A DNA stretch of 38,088 bases from Octopus bimaculoides. Its lineage: Eukaryota. Where the stretch lies: NCBI RefSeq assembly GCF_001194135.2, contig NC_069000.1, positions 46,894,034-46,932,121 on the forward strand. Direction: 5' to 3'. Below, one piece after another: positions 21,520 to 31,214 of the stretch. Below the pieces are notes generated by a model. It was not told where the DNA came from, did no database searches, and saw only the letters and a list, made by a program, of their open reading frames with translations. Within the stretch, counting starts at the first letter, position 1. Each line of letters starts with the position of its first letter. Position numbers and translations under genes: made by a program.

Positions 21520-24380
21520 TAAAGTGAATTGCCACATCAAAGTTCCATATTACTACTAGTTTAGCACCATGTAGATCTTCTGCCAGCTGGTTATCAGTAC
21601 AGTGCTGCACCCTATATACTGCTAGCAGGGGGGATCGAACCCCTACCATCCTCTAGCAGGCAACAGGGTTGCAAGACTGTCTCTGTTTCAAGCTGGTTGG
21701 CTCATCCTCAGTTGCAAGCACCTGACCGCCAGGGTAATAGTCAAGGTACACTCCAGTGAGCAGAGGATGAGCTAACCAGCTCAAAAACTGAGTCAATCTC
21801 GCAATCCTGTTGTCTGCTAGAGGATGGCAGGGGTTCGCTCCCCCCTGCTAGAAATGTATAGGGTGCAACACTGCACTGATAATCAGCTGGCGGAAAATCT
21901 GCCTGGGGTTAAACTAGTAGTAACATGGAACAGCTATTTTGATGTGGTGATTAGTGTGAGGACCATGTACTACAATGGCTCAAGATTCAAAGGCCCATAG
22001 TCATTTAATATCTTGCCAAAAAACCAATCTGGGGTAGGGGTGGATATTTTCAAGAAACAACTTGACCTCTTGCTGTCTACAGTCCCACATGAATGAAGAT
22101 CACAGCAAGAGAATCAAAAGCGGGCAGCAATATTGAACTCCCTCCCTCACCAAAAACCAATCACAAAAGAATGGCCTTTGAAGATGGTGATAATACTGGC
22201 AGTGCCCCAGCATGGCCACAGTCTTTGAGTTGAAACACTTAAAAGAATAAAAGTGTTTAAAATGTTTATCTTTCATGTGATACAGAAATACTGGAAGCAG
22301 TGGACAATCCCAGAATGGAAGGTCACTTCATCAAGTATCATAAACGATGGGATGGTCAAGTCTTCTGACCTGATGAGTTCTTAGTTCCAATAAGAGTACT
22401 TTATGTGTCCTTGAACATCAGTAACGATCACTAGGAGCATGTCACATTGAAACAGAAGCAAATGGTGATCTGTGCTGAGGAAGAACACCCTGCAGTTTGA
22501 GAAAATTTAAATGGCTTATGAAACAGTGAAACATAATGCCAGGAAAGGTACTGGGTGTTGTGTATGATAGAAGGTCTGGGAAAGTTCTCACCTGCACAGA
22601 CTGTGGCCACATTACACTGCTAAAGGTCAAATTTGTTATTCATAAAAGGTCACTTATCAGAAGGCCGACATGGAATCCTGCTCATATGTGTACAGCCCTA
22701 ACAACCCTCAGACGTTCACTGACGTTCTTTATGTCCAGTTATGCTTAACTATTACTGCTGCTGCTGTTGGGTGTAAGCACTGATGAAGAGATCCTTGACA
22801 AAATTCTATGCTATTTTGGCAAGGACTAGTGACCAAGACCTTTGGAAATACGCTGTGCGTGAGAAGACCCAGCTAGCCAAGTGAGACCATAATCCGTGGC
22901 CTCTGCAAGGGGTGTAACCAGCCCACTTATTCGTACCTTTACTTCATTGGACACTAAACTCTGCTTGCAAAGACCTGTTGGGGCAAGTGAAATCGAAATT
23001 GTAATTGAACCAAATTCGAGGACTGGCACCCATGCTAGTGGAGCGCTAACAGCACCATCCAAGCGTGATCATTGCCAGAGCACCTGTCTGGCTTCCATGC
23101 AGGTGGGATGTAAATAGCACCATTTGAGCGTGATCGTTACCAGCGTCACCTTACTGGCACATGAAAAACATTCGAGCAAGGTCATTGCCAGTGCCTAATT
23201 CCCTTTCTACTCAGAAATGGAACTGGTAACTTCTACTGTTCCCTGCCATGGGTTATCATCAAACATTCTCATTTGAAACTGCTAATGGACCTTGACTACA
23301 ACTTTATAATTTATTTGATCATGAAACTGTGTAACACATCGATTTCACTCTGATTTTTTGACAAACTTGAATGCATTAATATCCTCTATTCAAGATATTA
23401 CTTCATTTTTTAAAATATTTTTCTAACTTCTCCCTCTCTGATGAAGGTATAATTAGCTTATGGAATCCTAACTCAACATCATGTTCCACATGTTTGACTA
23501 TTCTAGAAACAACTGTAAAAGACTCCCTGATTATATTTCCTGTCTAATATTTTTGAGCGATCCCAAATGTTTTGATTTTTCGTTTCCCCACCTCTCACCC
23601 CATTTTAATCTATATCCACCCGCTCAAGGAGAAACCACTTCTAGCCACATCTGACAGTCAGTCTCAACACTTTTTAATTGCAGTTTAAACCAGAGTTTTA
23701 GTGGTAAACCAAACTGAGCACTTAAATTACATAACCGTTACATTATGTTGACGAAAACTCTTATTATATTGTCTATGTATGAAGATATAAATGAAACTGC
23801 GAACCTCAACTAACAAATCTCTCTCAAACCAGACCATATGTCTTAAAACATTAGATATTATTTAATGATATATACACAAACATGGGATGATCACAGCTGG
23901 AGCGTCTCTGACCACAGATCTGACCTAGGACTAAACAACACGCAGATTCAAACTCTAAACTCAAGCAAACAAAAACATATAAACATGTGTATACAAAGAT
24001 ATATACGCAAGAATTTACACCAGTTTGTATATATATATATTAAATGGCAAATCTAAAGATATGCGTATATACATGTATGTATAAATGTGTGTGTTTGTTT
24101 ATGCCGTTCACCTGCTTATGTAAAATAGTTGATGTTTAACTCTAGATTGATCCCTGACTGAGCATACCTATGATTGAGAGCATTCCAACAATGACCATCC
24201 CGTCTGTTTTTAATGTACATGGGCCCAGAACTATTATTTCCAACGTGTCATATTTTTCTAAGACAGAACGGCGAGAATTGAAGGGCATTTGACTGCTATT
24301 TCTAACAGAACGAGCATATCAGGAAGATATCCACATGGTGGGAGTGTTGTATACCATACACACACGTGCGTGTGTGTGTT

Positions 24381-24459
<79 letters not shown>

Positions 24460-25012
24460 CACACACACCGAGAAACATATACACACAAACACACAGACAC
24501 TAAAACATACCTATACACATACATACACAGAAATATATAAACATGCACATGCATAGTAAGTATATAAACTTATATACACACACACAAAAACACAATATAT
24601 ACATAAACATGTATATACACTGAGGACGAGAGAGAGAGAGAGAGAAAATCATTTATACATGTAAACGTACACGCAGAAATATATATATATATACATAGAA
24701 ATATACACACAAAAACACATACATAAACACTGGAATCTATATACACATAAATATAAACAAACTTATGATAAACAAATATATAGACAGAGAGAGAAAAGTG
24801 TTTATTACCTTGGCATTTCGACAGTCCTCCTCTTCATCACCTTCCACTCGGATCCACTTGAAATTTTTATTTTTGTTTTCTTTATTATTCGATATCGTAT
24901 CATATAACTTAATATTGAAATAATTCTCTATTTTAGATCGATTTTTCTCAATTTCATTCAAATGTTTATTTTCCACAATGAAGTCGGCTGCCTTGGTCAA
25001 ATTCTGCGCCAT
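14700..25012 (-). CDS. N4BP1: N4BP1/KHNYN-family NYN (Regnase-like PIN) ribonuclease, 6 coding exons, 775 aa
   Basis: Manual splicing: six exons join in frame (204+1361+231+108+129+295 = 2328 nt) with canonical GT-AG sites and intron phases 0,2,2,2,2. The N-terminus ([27 protein letters not shown]...KWIRVEG...AK|EYILAITDP) resembles the N4BP1/KHNYN KH-like region. NYN motifs are [42 protein letters not shown] and [29 protein letters not shown]. The C-terminus ([35 protein letters not shown]) resembles the N4BP1 CoCUN / KHNYN CUBAN domain. No CCCH finger follows the NYN domain, which argues against ZC3H12/Regnase. N4BP1 versus KHNYN orthology cannot be resolved by eye. Confidence 0.92.
15503..15731. 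mobile_element. TTAA-flanked MITE (piggyBac-type ends) in intron 5
   Basis: TTAA|CCCTTTCGCATT ... AATGCTAGAGGA|TTAA: imperfect 12-bp TIRs with duplicated TTAA (15499-15502, 15732-15735); non-coding. Confidence 0.7.
15782..15910 (-). CDS. N4BP1: Coding exon 5 ([42 protein letters not shown]), end of NYN domain
   Basis: Acceptor CTCTCTTCACTCCCAG|G after a (CT)n tract; 129 nt; donor AG|GTAATT. Confidence 0.92.
16355..16462 (-). CDS. N4BP1: Coding exon 4 ([37 protein letters not shown]), NYN domain
   Basis: Acceptor TTGTTGTCCAG|G; 108 nt; donor AG|GTAATT; contains the SND..RD catalytic motif. Confidence 0.93.
17072..17302 (-). CDS. N4BP1: Coding exon 3 ([18 protein letters not shown]...KLINCYDD), NYN domain
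   Basis: Acceptor TTTTTTTATCTATTTCAG|A; 231 nt; donor CG|GTAAGT. Not in the ORF track; translated by hand. Confidence 0.93.
19111..20471 (-). CDS. N4BP1: Coding exon 2 (EYILAITDP...[14 protein letters not shown]): KH-like part 2, UBA-like helical segment, low-complexity linker, start of NYN
   Basis: Acceptor TAATTTCAG|GAA at 20472/20471. It contains the 440-aa ORF 19107-20429 plus 14 upstream codons. Donor AC|GTAAGT at 19111/19110. The segment [41 protein letters not shown] looks UBA-like (inference). Confidence 0.93.
20762..20960 (+). repeat. 41-bp minisatellite, ~4.5 copies, intron 1
   Basis: CAGGACAGACTGACCTYTGCCTRAACAACACACAATGGCTC units start at 20802, 20843 and 20884, with degenerate flanking units. 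Confidence 0.9.
21532..21947. repeat. Foldback (long inverted repeat) element in intron 1
   Basis: Arms 21532-21711 and 21761-21947 are reverse complements at roughly 80-85% identity by manual alignment; loop ~49 nt. Confidence 0.92.
21669..21717 (-). ncRNA. Type I hammerhead-ribozyme-like motif (candidate)
   Basis: UUGCAA-CUGAGGA-U-GAGC(CAACCA)GCUU-GAAAC(AGAGACA)GUC-UUGCAA: 6-bp stem I, 4-bp stem II, short stem III, GUC site. Confidence 0.4.
22290..22670 (+). mobile_element. Decayed RTE-like LINE, ORF C-terminal remnant in intron 1 (antisense to the gene)
   Basis: Interrupted translation LNISNDH*EHVTLKQ..W..VL.....FE followed by [22 protein letters not shown], resembling the WE..A.DR..WR region and terminal CxxC...H finger of RTE ORFs. 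Confidence 0.5.
22815..23196 (+). mobile_element. Interspersed repeat with RTE-like WKYAVREKT remnant and ~65-bp internal subrepeats
   Basis: TGGAAATACGCTGTGCGTGAGAAGACC; the subrepeat AGCACCAT..AGCGTGATC.TT.CCAG occurs at 23051 and 23116, with a decayed third copy at ~23168. Confidence 0.45.
23433..23522 (+). ncRNA. Degenerate minimal type I hammerhead-like motif within an interspersed repeat
   Basis: TCTCT-CTGATGA-AGGTATA...TATTCTA-GAAAC-AACT-GTA-AAAGA: intact core, stem I 4/5, damaged stem II closing pair. Confidence 0.4.
24809..25012 (-). CDS. N4BP1: Coding exon 1 ([11 protein letters not shown]...EEDCRNAK), KH-like region part 1
   Basis: ATG at 25012-25010 in AAAATGG context; 68 codons; donor AAG|GTAATA at 24809/24808; phase 0. 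Confidence 0.88.
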
Positions 25013-25241
25013 TTTCACTTACAACAATGGGATTGTGTGCTTTTAGAGAAATATAAACAATAATTGTAAAATATATCGGCTAGAGATTTATATCAGCGTA
25101 AAAATTTCATTGAAAATTTACAACAATATGAAATGGAATATTTTTCAAAGAAAAATGTGGATTTGTTTTTTGAAATTTATTTTAAAAATTACATCAGCTA
25201 ACGACTGGCAGTTACGGATATTTCTATTTTCGTCGCTGCTG

Positions 25242-25390
25242 ACTTCCTGCTTTATATTTAGATAGTCAAGAGAAGATAACTCTGTGTGCCATTGCTACTG
25301 CTCATGGTGATAGTGATGATGTTGATTGTAGGAACGAAAACAACAGCGTCTGACTTCCTTTTTTGTGTGAGCCCGTTACTTTACTTCCTG
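25242..25390 (-). promoter_or_regulatory. Candidate proximal promoter with three ETS-type core sites
   Basis: ACTTCCTG at 25242 and 25383 and ACTTCC at 25353 (GGAAGT on the gene strand), 230-380 nt upstream of the ATG, in a locally CpG-richer patch. TSS unknown. Confidence 0.35.
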
Positions 25391-26699
25391 TACCTACCAT
25401 ACGGTACTGTCAGGTTGATACACCTGTCATTTAGTTTATTATTTCTGAATGTGTACCTGGTCTCAGGTCAGATACGAACCGAGAATCTTTATCTCTAAAA
25501 CACTTGATGACGTTCGATGGTTGAAGTCATCGAAATATTATGTAAATAATGTTGATATTAAGATAATAGTCCCTGTGGACTGTTAACCTCATTTTCACAA
25601 TGTCTATTCCTAATAAATCAATTCAGACAAATCGTTAAACTGACATCTGTTTGTTACAATACAAATCTCTTCTGTAACTACTTATGGCAGTTATGGACTA
25701 TAGCGTACCGGCTTCATTTTGGCAAATTCTAGTTTTCTTTCAGTTTTGAAAATTAGCAAAAGCAACTAATAATTTCTTTATTAACTACTTATTGTTGATA
25801 AAACCTCTCTAGACGGTATAGTGTGTTATTGCACAAAAGCCTGTGAAAGTAAAGTAACGAAAGAAAAAATCCATACAAGGAATAGTTCTTCAAAAAGGAG
25901 CAGAATTCTGGAAACAACCTCGAAATCACAGAGACCCTAATTCCTAAGGCAATTATAATTTTAAACAAATGACAAACATTTTATATAAATAATAGAAAAT
26001 ATTGCTCACATGTAAGAAAAGGAGGTCGTTGGGTTAGCACGAGGAGACTAAATGAATGTTGAGTTTCCAAATACAAATCTTGCTACTTTTATATAAGGGG
26101 AGGCTAAGTTTGTGATATATATATAAACAATGACACAATAACCTAAGAGTTCTAGGTGAAGTAAGATCAAAAATAAAACTGAGAGCTAAAAGTCGGGGAA
26201 AATACCAATAAAAGCGAAATTACTGGCCGAAAATTCTCGAGGGGCGGGGATGTAATTTTGCGAAAGCGAATTACTGTTTCTTCGAAGTGGTTTCCTGACG
26301 CAATACACTTAAGTCATCTAAACCCATCCTTTAACTGTTGACAATCCTGTCACAATTTATTTTAGTGCGTCACATGTAAATGGAAATTACAATACAATGA
26401 CCTAGTATATACATATATATCGAGGCACTTAAAAGGTAAGGCACCGGGTTAGGTCAGAATTAGTTTACATACAGAGTAATTATAGACGAATAGCAACATT
26501 GGTACAGAAGTACTGGCAGAAGGATATTCAGGTTATGTATACAGTTAATTGAACCCAAGTGAGTATATCATCAGCCCGTCGGCTAATTCAGAAACGTACG
26601 TTTTACTAAATATACAGTCCTTAATATACTTCGGAACACGCAAGGGGCGGGTTCCGAGAAAGGTGTATCATAAATAAATAAATAACGACCCTTCGTTTG

Positions 26700-26800
26700 T
26701 TTTGTGTGTGTGTGTTTCCTCTATGCATAGCCAAACCGCGAGATCAATCTGTACCAAATTTGGCATGAAGGTTTTTCATTACTCGGGGAAGGTTCTAGAT
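26700..26800 (+). mobile_element. Possible Helitron/Helentron-like non-autonomous fragment
   Basis: (TG)n followed by ...ATCAATCTGTACCAAATTTGGCATG..., a motif I associate with such elements; recollection only. Confidence 0.25.
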
Positions 26801-27096
26801 GGTGGAGGGTTAAAATTTGGCCCTTGGCCATACAGGTGGCTGTAGCTCCCCCACCCCCCAAATGGTGGTTTATAGTCAAGATTTGACTGCTATTTTTAGC
26901 GTGGCGGTATCTCTTAGATACCCTAAATTATAATTTTAAATAATTGTTACCTTTGATAGTTTTTATTCCCATACTGGCCACTTGATAAAATCGATATTTA
27001 AATATCGATCTTNNNNNNNNNNNNNNNNNNNNNNATATATATATATACATATATTATACACATATATATATATGTATGTATGTATGTATGTGTGTA

Positions 27097-27230
27097 TGAC
27101 AGGCTTCTTTCAGTTTCCGTCTTCCAAATCTACTGACAAGGCTTTGATTGGCCCGAGGCTATAGTAGAAGATACTTGCCCAAGGTACCACGCAGAGGGAC
27201 TGAACCCGGAACCATGTGGTTAAGAAGCAA
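27097..27230 (-). mobile_element. SINE family A, 5' fragment
   Basis: Reverse complement of CCACATGGTTCCGGGTTCAGTCCC...GGAAACTGAAAGAAGCC. Confidence 0.8.
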
Positions 27231-27555
27231 AATTACTCTGAAACGAAGACCATCTCAGTAATAATTTACTCAATGATTCGATTAAGCAATAGTCTGGTAC
27301 CTACTAATTTCGATAACAATAACCGGTTGAGAGTAATAACTGAGATTACAATAAGCGATCTCTATAGAGATATTGAAATTTATATCCCAAATGTGTAATC
27401 ACAGTTTTCTATTCGATAATGATAATTATATTTTTACCTTCCTTCTCTTCCATTTCGTTGACAAATTCCCCCGAGATAAATCATGAAATTGAATTATATA
27501 AATAGACTAGCAGTATTGCCCGGGATTTGGAATTGTGTAAATGTATGAATTTTAA

Positions 27556-27586
<31 letters not shown>

Positions 27587-27833
27587 ATCTGCCTAAGATA
27601 AATGGAAAAATGGAAAAACTCAATTTTTTACTGATAAATTGATAATGTAGTTCTTGGTAACCTGATATATTACAAGTAAATCGTGCTTTTAGTTCCTGAT
27701 TGGGGTTACACAAAATCACAATCAGAAACGAAGACTTGTTCACGTCACCAACTGCTATGAAACACCCTGCCATGGCGGTCACAAAGGAAATCTTGAAGGG
27801 AGTGGGTGAAGAAGAAAGAAGAATGTTTGTGTG

Positions 27834-27872
<39 letters not shown>

Positions 27873-27882
27873 NNNNNNNNNN

Positions 27883-27925
<43 letters not shown>

Positions 27926-28088
27926 CTGTCTCTGTGTGTGTGTGCGAATGCGGTTAGGTGGGTGTGGGTGAGCATTTTAATGACGTTTTTACGTTGCTCG
28001 CTCATTGCTGCTCTTTCGTTTACGAAGTTCGATTGCATTTGAGTCGCTCTTCTGACCTCTTCGCTTTCCACCTCCCTTTCTCACTTTA

Positions 28089-28121
<33 letters not shown>

Positions 28122-28222
28122 AGTGAGTTTTCTTGCCCTTCGCCCCTCATTATAAACACAAATATTACCGCGATGGTTTCGTTCCGAACAAAAAACTAAA
28201 AGTTCAGAATAGGAACAGACAT

Positions 28223-28347
28223 GACTATGTGGTAAGACGCTTGCTTCCTAATCACATGGTTCCGGGTTCAGTCCCATTGCGTAGTACCTCCAGCCGACTA
28301 ATATCTAGCGAGCGGATTTGATAGACGGAAACTGAATGAAGCCCGTC
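28223..28347 (+). mobile_element. SINE family A, truncated and internally deleted head
   Basis: Matches CACATGGTTCCGGGTTCAGTCCC and GGATTTG..AGACGGAAACTGAA..GAAGCCCGTC. Confidence 0.75.
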
Positions 28348-28399
28348 AAACACATATATATATATAAATTCTTTTATTTGACTGTGGACTTATTCTTTG

Positions 28400-28689
28400 T
28401 CAGCCAGTTACTCATTCTATCGGTCTCTTTTGCGAAACCGCTAAGTTACAGAGACGTAAACACACCAGCATTGGTTGTCAAGCGATGGTGGAGGGACAAA
28501 CACAGACGCACAAACATATACACACAACACGACGGGTTTCTCTCAGTTTCCGTCTACGAAATCCACTCACAAGGCTTTGGTCGGCCCGAGGGCTATAGTA
28601 GAAGCCACTCATCCAAGGTGCCATGCAGTAGGACAGAACCCGGAACCATGTGGTTGGGAAGCAAGCTACTTACCACACAGCCACTCCTT
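28400..28689 (-). mobile_element. SINE family A copy
   Basis: Reverse complement of the 7010 element from the head (AAGGAGTGGCTGTGTGG) to the GATAGAATGAGTAAC region. Confidence 0.85.
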
Positions 28690-29184
28690 GATTCTATTTC
28701 ATACGTTTCGTTCGTCTGAAAGTCGAAAGACCCTTTCTGTTTTTTACTTGTTTGTTTTCGTGTATGTTTCATTCGTTTGCCTTTCCCCCAGAGTTTTAAT
28801 GCTTTTAGCTTAAGTCCTTGGCCTGGCCGGTTTCCAGTAGTATCGGAGATAAGTGGTCGAAACTACGGAGACATTCCGGACTCCGACTGAAGAGGTAAAT
28901 TGGCGGCGAAAAGATCCGCGTATCTTGTTTCGTTCTGTTTGCCGTTGTCGTGCTGTCGTCCTTTTCCCCGCATTTTGTGTTTTGATGGTTTCCATTTCTT
29001 GTGTTCTTTTCGTTCTACCTTTGATATAGTCAAACCTTTGGTATCAGAAAACGTCATTCATCTACGCAACCTTCCCACATGACATATATAAAGAGGCTGA
29101 GAAAGAAGGTAGCTGACATCGTCTCCTCATACCGACACTGTATACCAATACCGAAGGATCGACATCTCTCCCTTTCTCTCTCTC

Positions 29185-29185
<1 letters not shown>

Positions 29186-29231
<46 letters not shown>
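29186..29231 (+). repeat. (GATA)n tetranucleotide microsatellite
   Basis: About 11 AGAT units; a (TCTA)n tract also lies at 28090-28120. Confidence 0.95.
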
Positions 29232-29732
29232 TGTGGGTGTGGGTGGTGGACAACCAGTGCTGGTTTGTTTACATTCCCATAAACTACATTATATAGTATA
29301 ACTGTATTGATTATTTCCCAAACTGTCAACAAACGTTCAGCAAGCCATGTATGTGTGTGTGTGTGTGTGTGCGTGTGCGTGTGTGCGTGTGCGTGTGTGC
29401 GTGCGTGTGTGTGTGTACATATACGCATACACACACACATACACACACGGATGTATGTACAATTGTATGCATGTATACATTCTTTTACAAAGTTATAAAC
29501 AATTTCTTGTCATAATAGGTATTTCTCTCTCACCCTCCCTCTCCTCCTTCTCTCTCTCTCTCTCTTACCTTCTCTCTCACTCACTCTCTCTCTCTTTCTC
29601 TCTCTTTCATCGCGTCTCGAAGAACCTGCAAAATTATAAACGCAAATACATACACTCACACAAACACACATATACTACATATTTGTATTTGTGTGCATAC
29701 AAGCAAATATATATATATGTAAACGTGCATGA

Positions 29733-29842
<110 letters not shown>

Positions 29843-29984
29843 TGAATTCTGCAATCGCCACTTAAGATAATTTAATCTGCTGAAAACAATATTAGTAATA
29901 TTTATGGAAGAGACGAAAAAATAGGAAAAAAATGTCGGACGAACGCTAAAGAGGCACAATCTCTATATATTACTCTATCGCTCC

Positions 29985-30023
<39 letters not shown>

Positions 30024-30960
30024 TTGTGCTCTTTTTTCTCTATCTCCCTACACATACACACATACTCACACACACAAACACATTTACACACACACACACA
30101 CACGTATTGTTGTTTCTTTTTTTTTCCCCTTTCCTTCTCTTTGTCTTTCTTTCCCGCTGTAATTACACACCAAGCGAAGCGCCATCTTCTACAAAAGTAA
30201 TTTCCTATATTCTCGAAGACCTACTTTCAGTCTCCAATATTTCTTAATCACTTTAAAAGAATATGAGCGGTGGAACAACACCTCAACACCTAAATCTCCC
30301 AGCAGAACGAAACCTGTCGACACGTGTTCAATTCTTATTAAAGGTTATTTTTACACAATTTAGATCCATAAAGGTAAATATAATGGTCAGATATAGTCCA
30401 ACCAGAATATATGCCAAGGTAGCAGTTACCAAATTTAATTTGGCGCAGAACCGTTTATGCAAATCCTTGAATCTTCGTGGAATCCACGTCTATATTTTGC
30501 AGACAACCCTTACCATTCTAATCTTAACAGAATTCTAATTACAACAAACGGTGTTTCATTTACTGTTCTAATTCATTTTCAATCACACACACACACACAC
30601 ACGCACGCACGCAAATAACAAATATACGCGCGCGCGTACACATATATACGCTAATACAGTTGGATATTTGTATGTACATATGTATGTGTGTGTGTGCATG
30701 TATATATATATATTTATTTATTCATACATACATATATATACATAATATATATTTACATATATATGCACGCACAATGCGTGTGTGTGTATATATATATATA
30801 CACGAATGAGCGGCAAGCGAAAGAAAGAGGCACCCAAAACGTTGTGATGCATCTGGTGTCGCTGGATTGCCGATTCCATTTTTAGCAACAACATGTGACC
30901 CGCCTTGACCAATAGTGGCTCATTTTCCAGAAGCTATCTTGGACTTTCTTCATTCAGTAA

Positions 30961-31003
30961 TCTGTGCCTGACGAGCCGGGCTTCTGTCAGAAGCCTGCGA
31001 AAC
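30961..31003 (+). ncRNA. Hammerhead-like core with a 10-bp stem II, abutting a SINE tail
   Basis: CTGACGA-GC(C)GGGCTTCT[GTC]AGAAGCCTGC-GAAAC; no valid NUH/stem III follows. Confidence 0.3.
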
Positions 31004-31007
31004 ATTT

Positions 31008-31214
31008 GACACAAGGCCAGCAATGTTGGAGGAGGGGTTAACTCGATAACAACGATCATGGTGTTTCAAGTGGTACTTATTTTATCGACCCCCGAAAGGA
31101 TAAAAGGCGAAGTCGACCTCGGAGGAATTTGAACTCAGAACGTAAAGACGTGCGAAATGGCGCTAAATATTTTTTTACCCAGCATGCTAATGATCCTGCC
31201 AGCTCGCCGCCTTA
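31008..31214 (-). mobile_element. SINE family B copy
   Basis: Head GGCGGCGAGCTGGCAGGATCATTAGCA, core GAGTTCAAATTCCTCCGAGGTCGACTT, tail CCCCTCCTCCAACATTGCTGGCCTTGTGTC. Confidence 0.8.

Noticed and set aside
22780-22825. CTGATGA followed by a 12/13-bp hairpin (TCCTTGACAAAAT / ATTTTGGCAAGGA)
   Set aside because: The hairpin is not closed by GAAA and there is no stem III or NUH; not a hammerhead.
28855-28915. GAAAC-TA-CGGAG...CTCCG-A-CTGAAGA-GG, a permuted hammerhead-like arrangement
   Set aside because: A 5-bp stem I-like helix exists but is out of register, stem III and NUH are missing, and stem II is mostly wobble pairs; at most a heavily decayed relic.
30263-30538. 91-aa non-repetitive plus-strand ORF
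   Set aside because: No motif or splice context that I can support.
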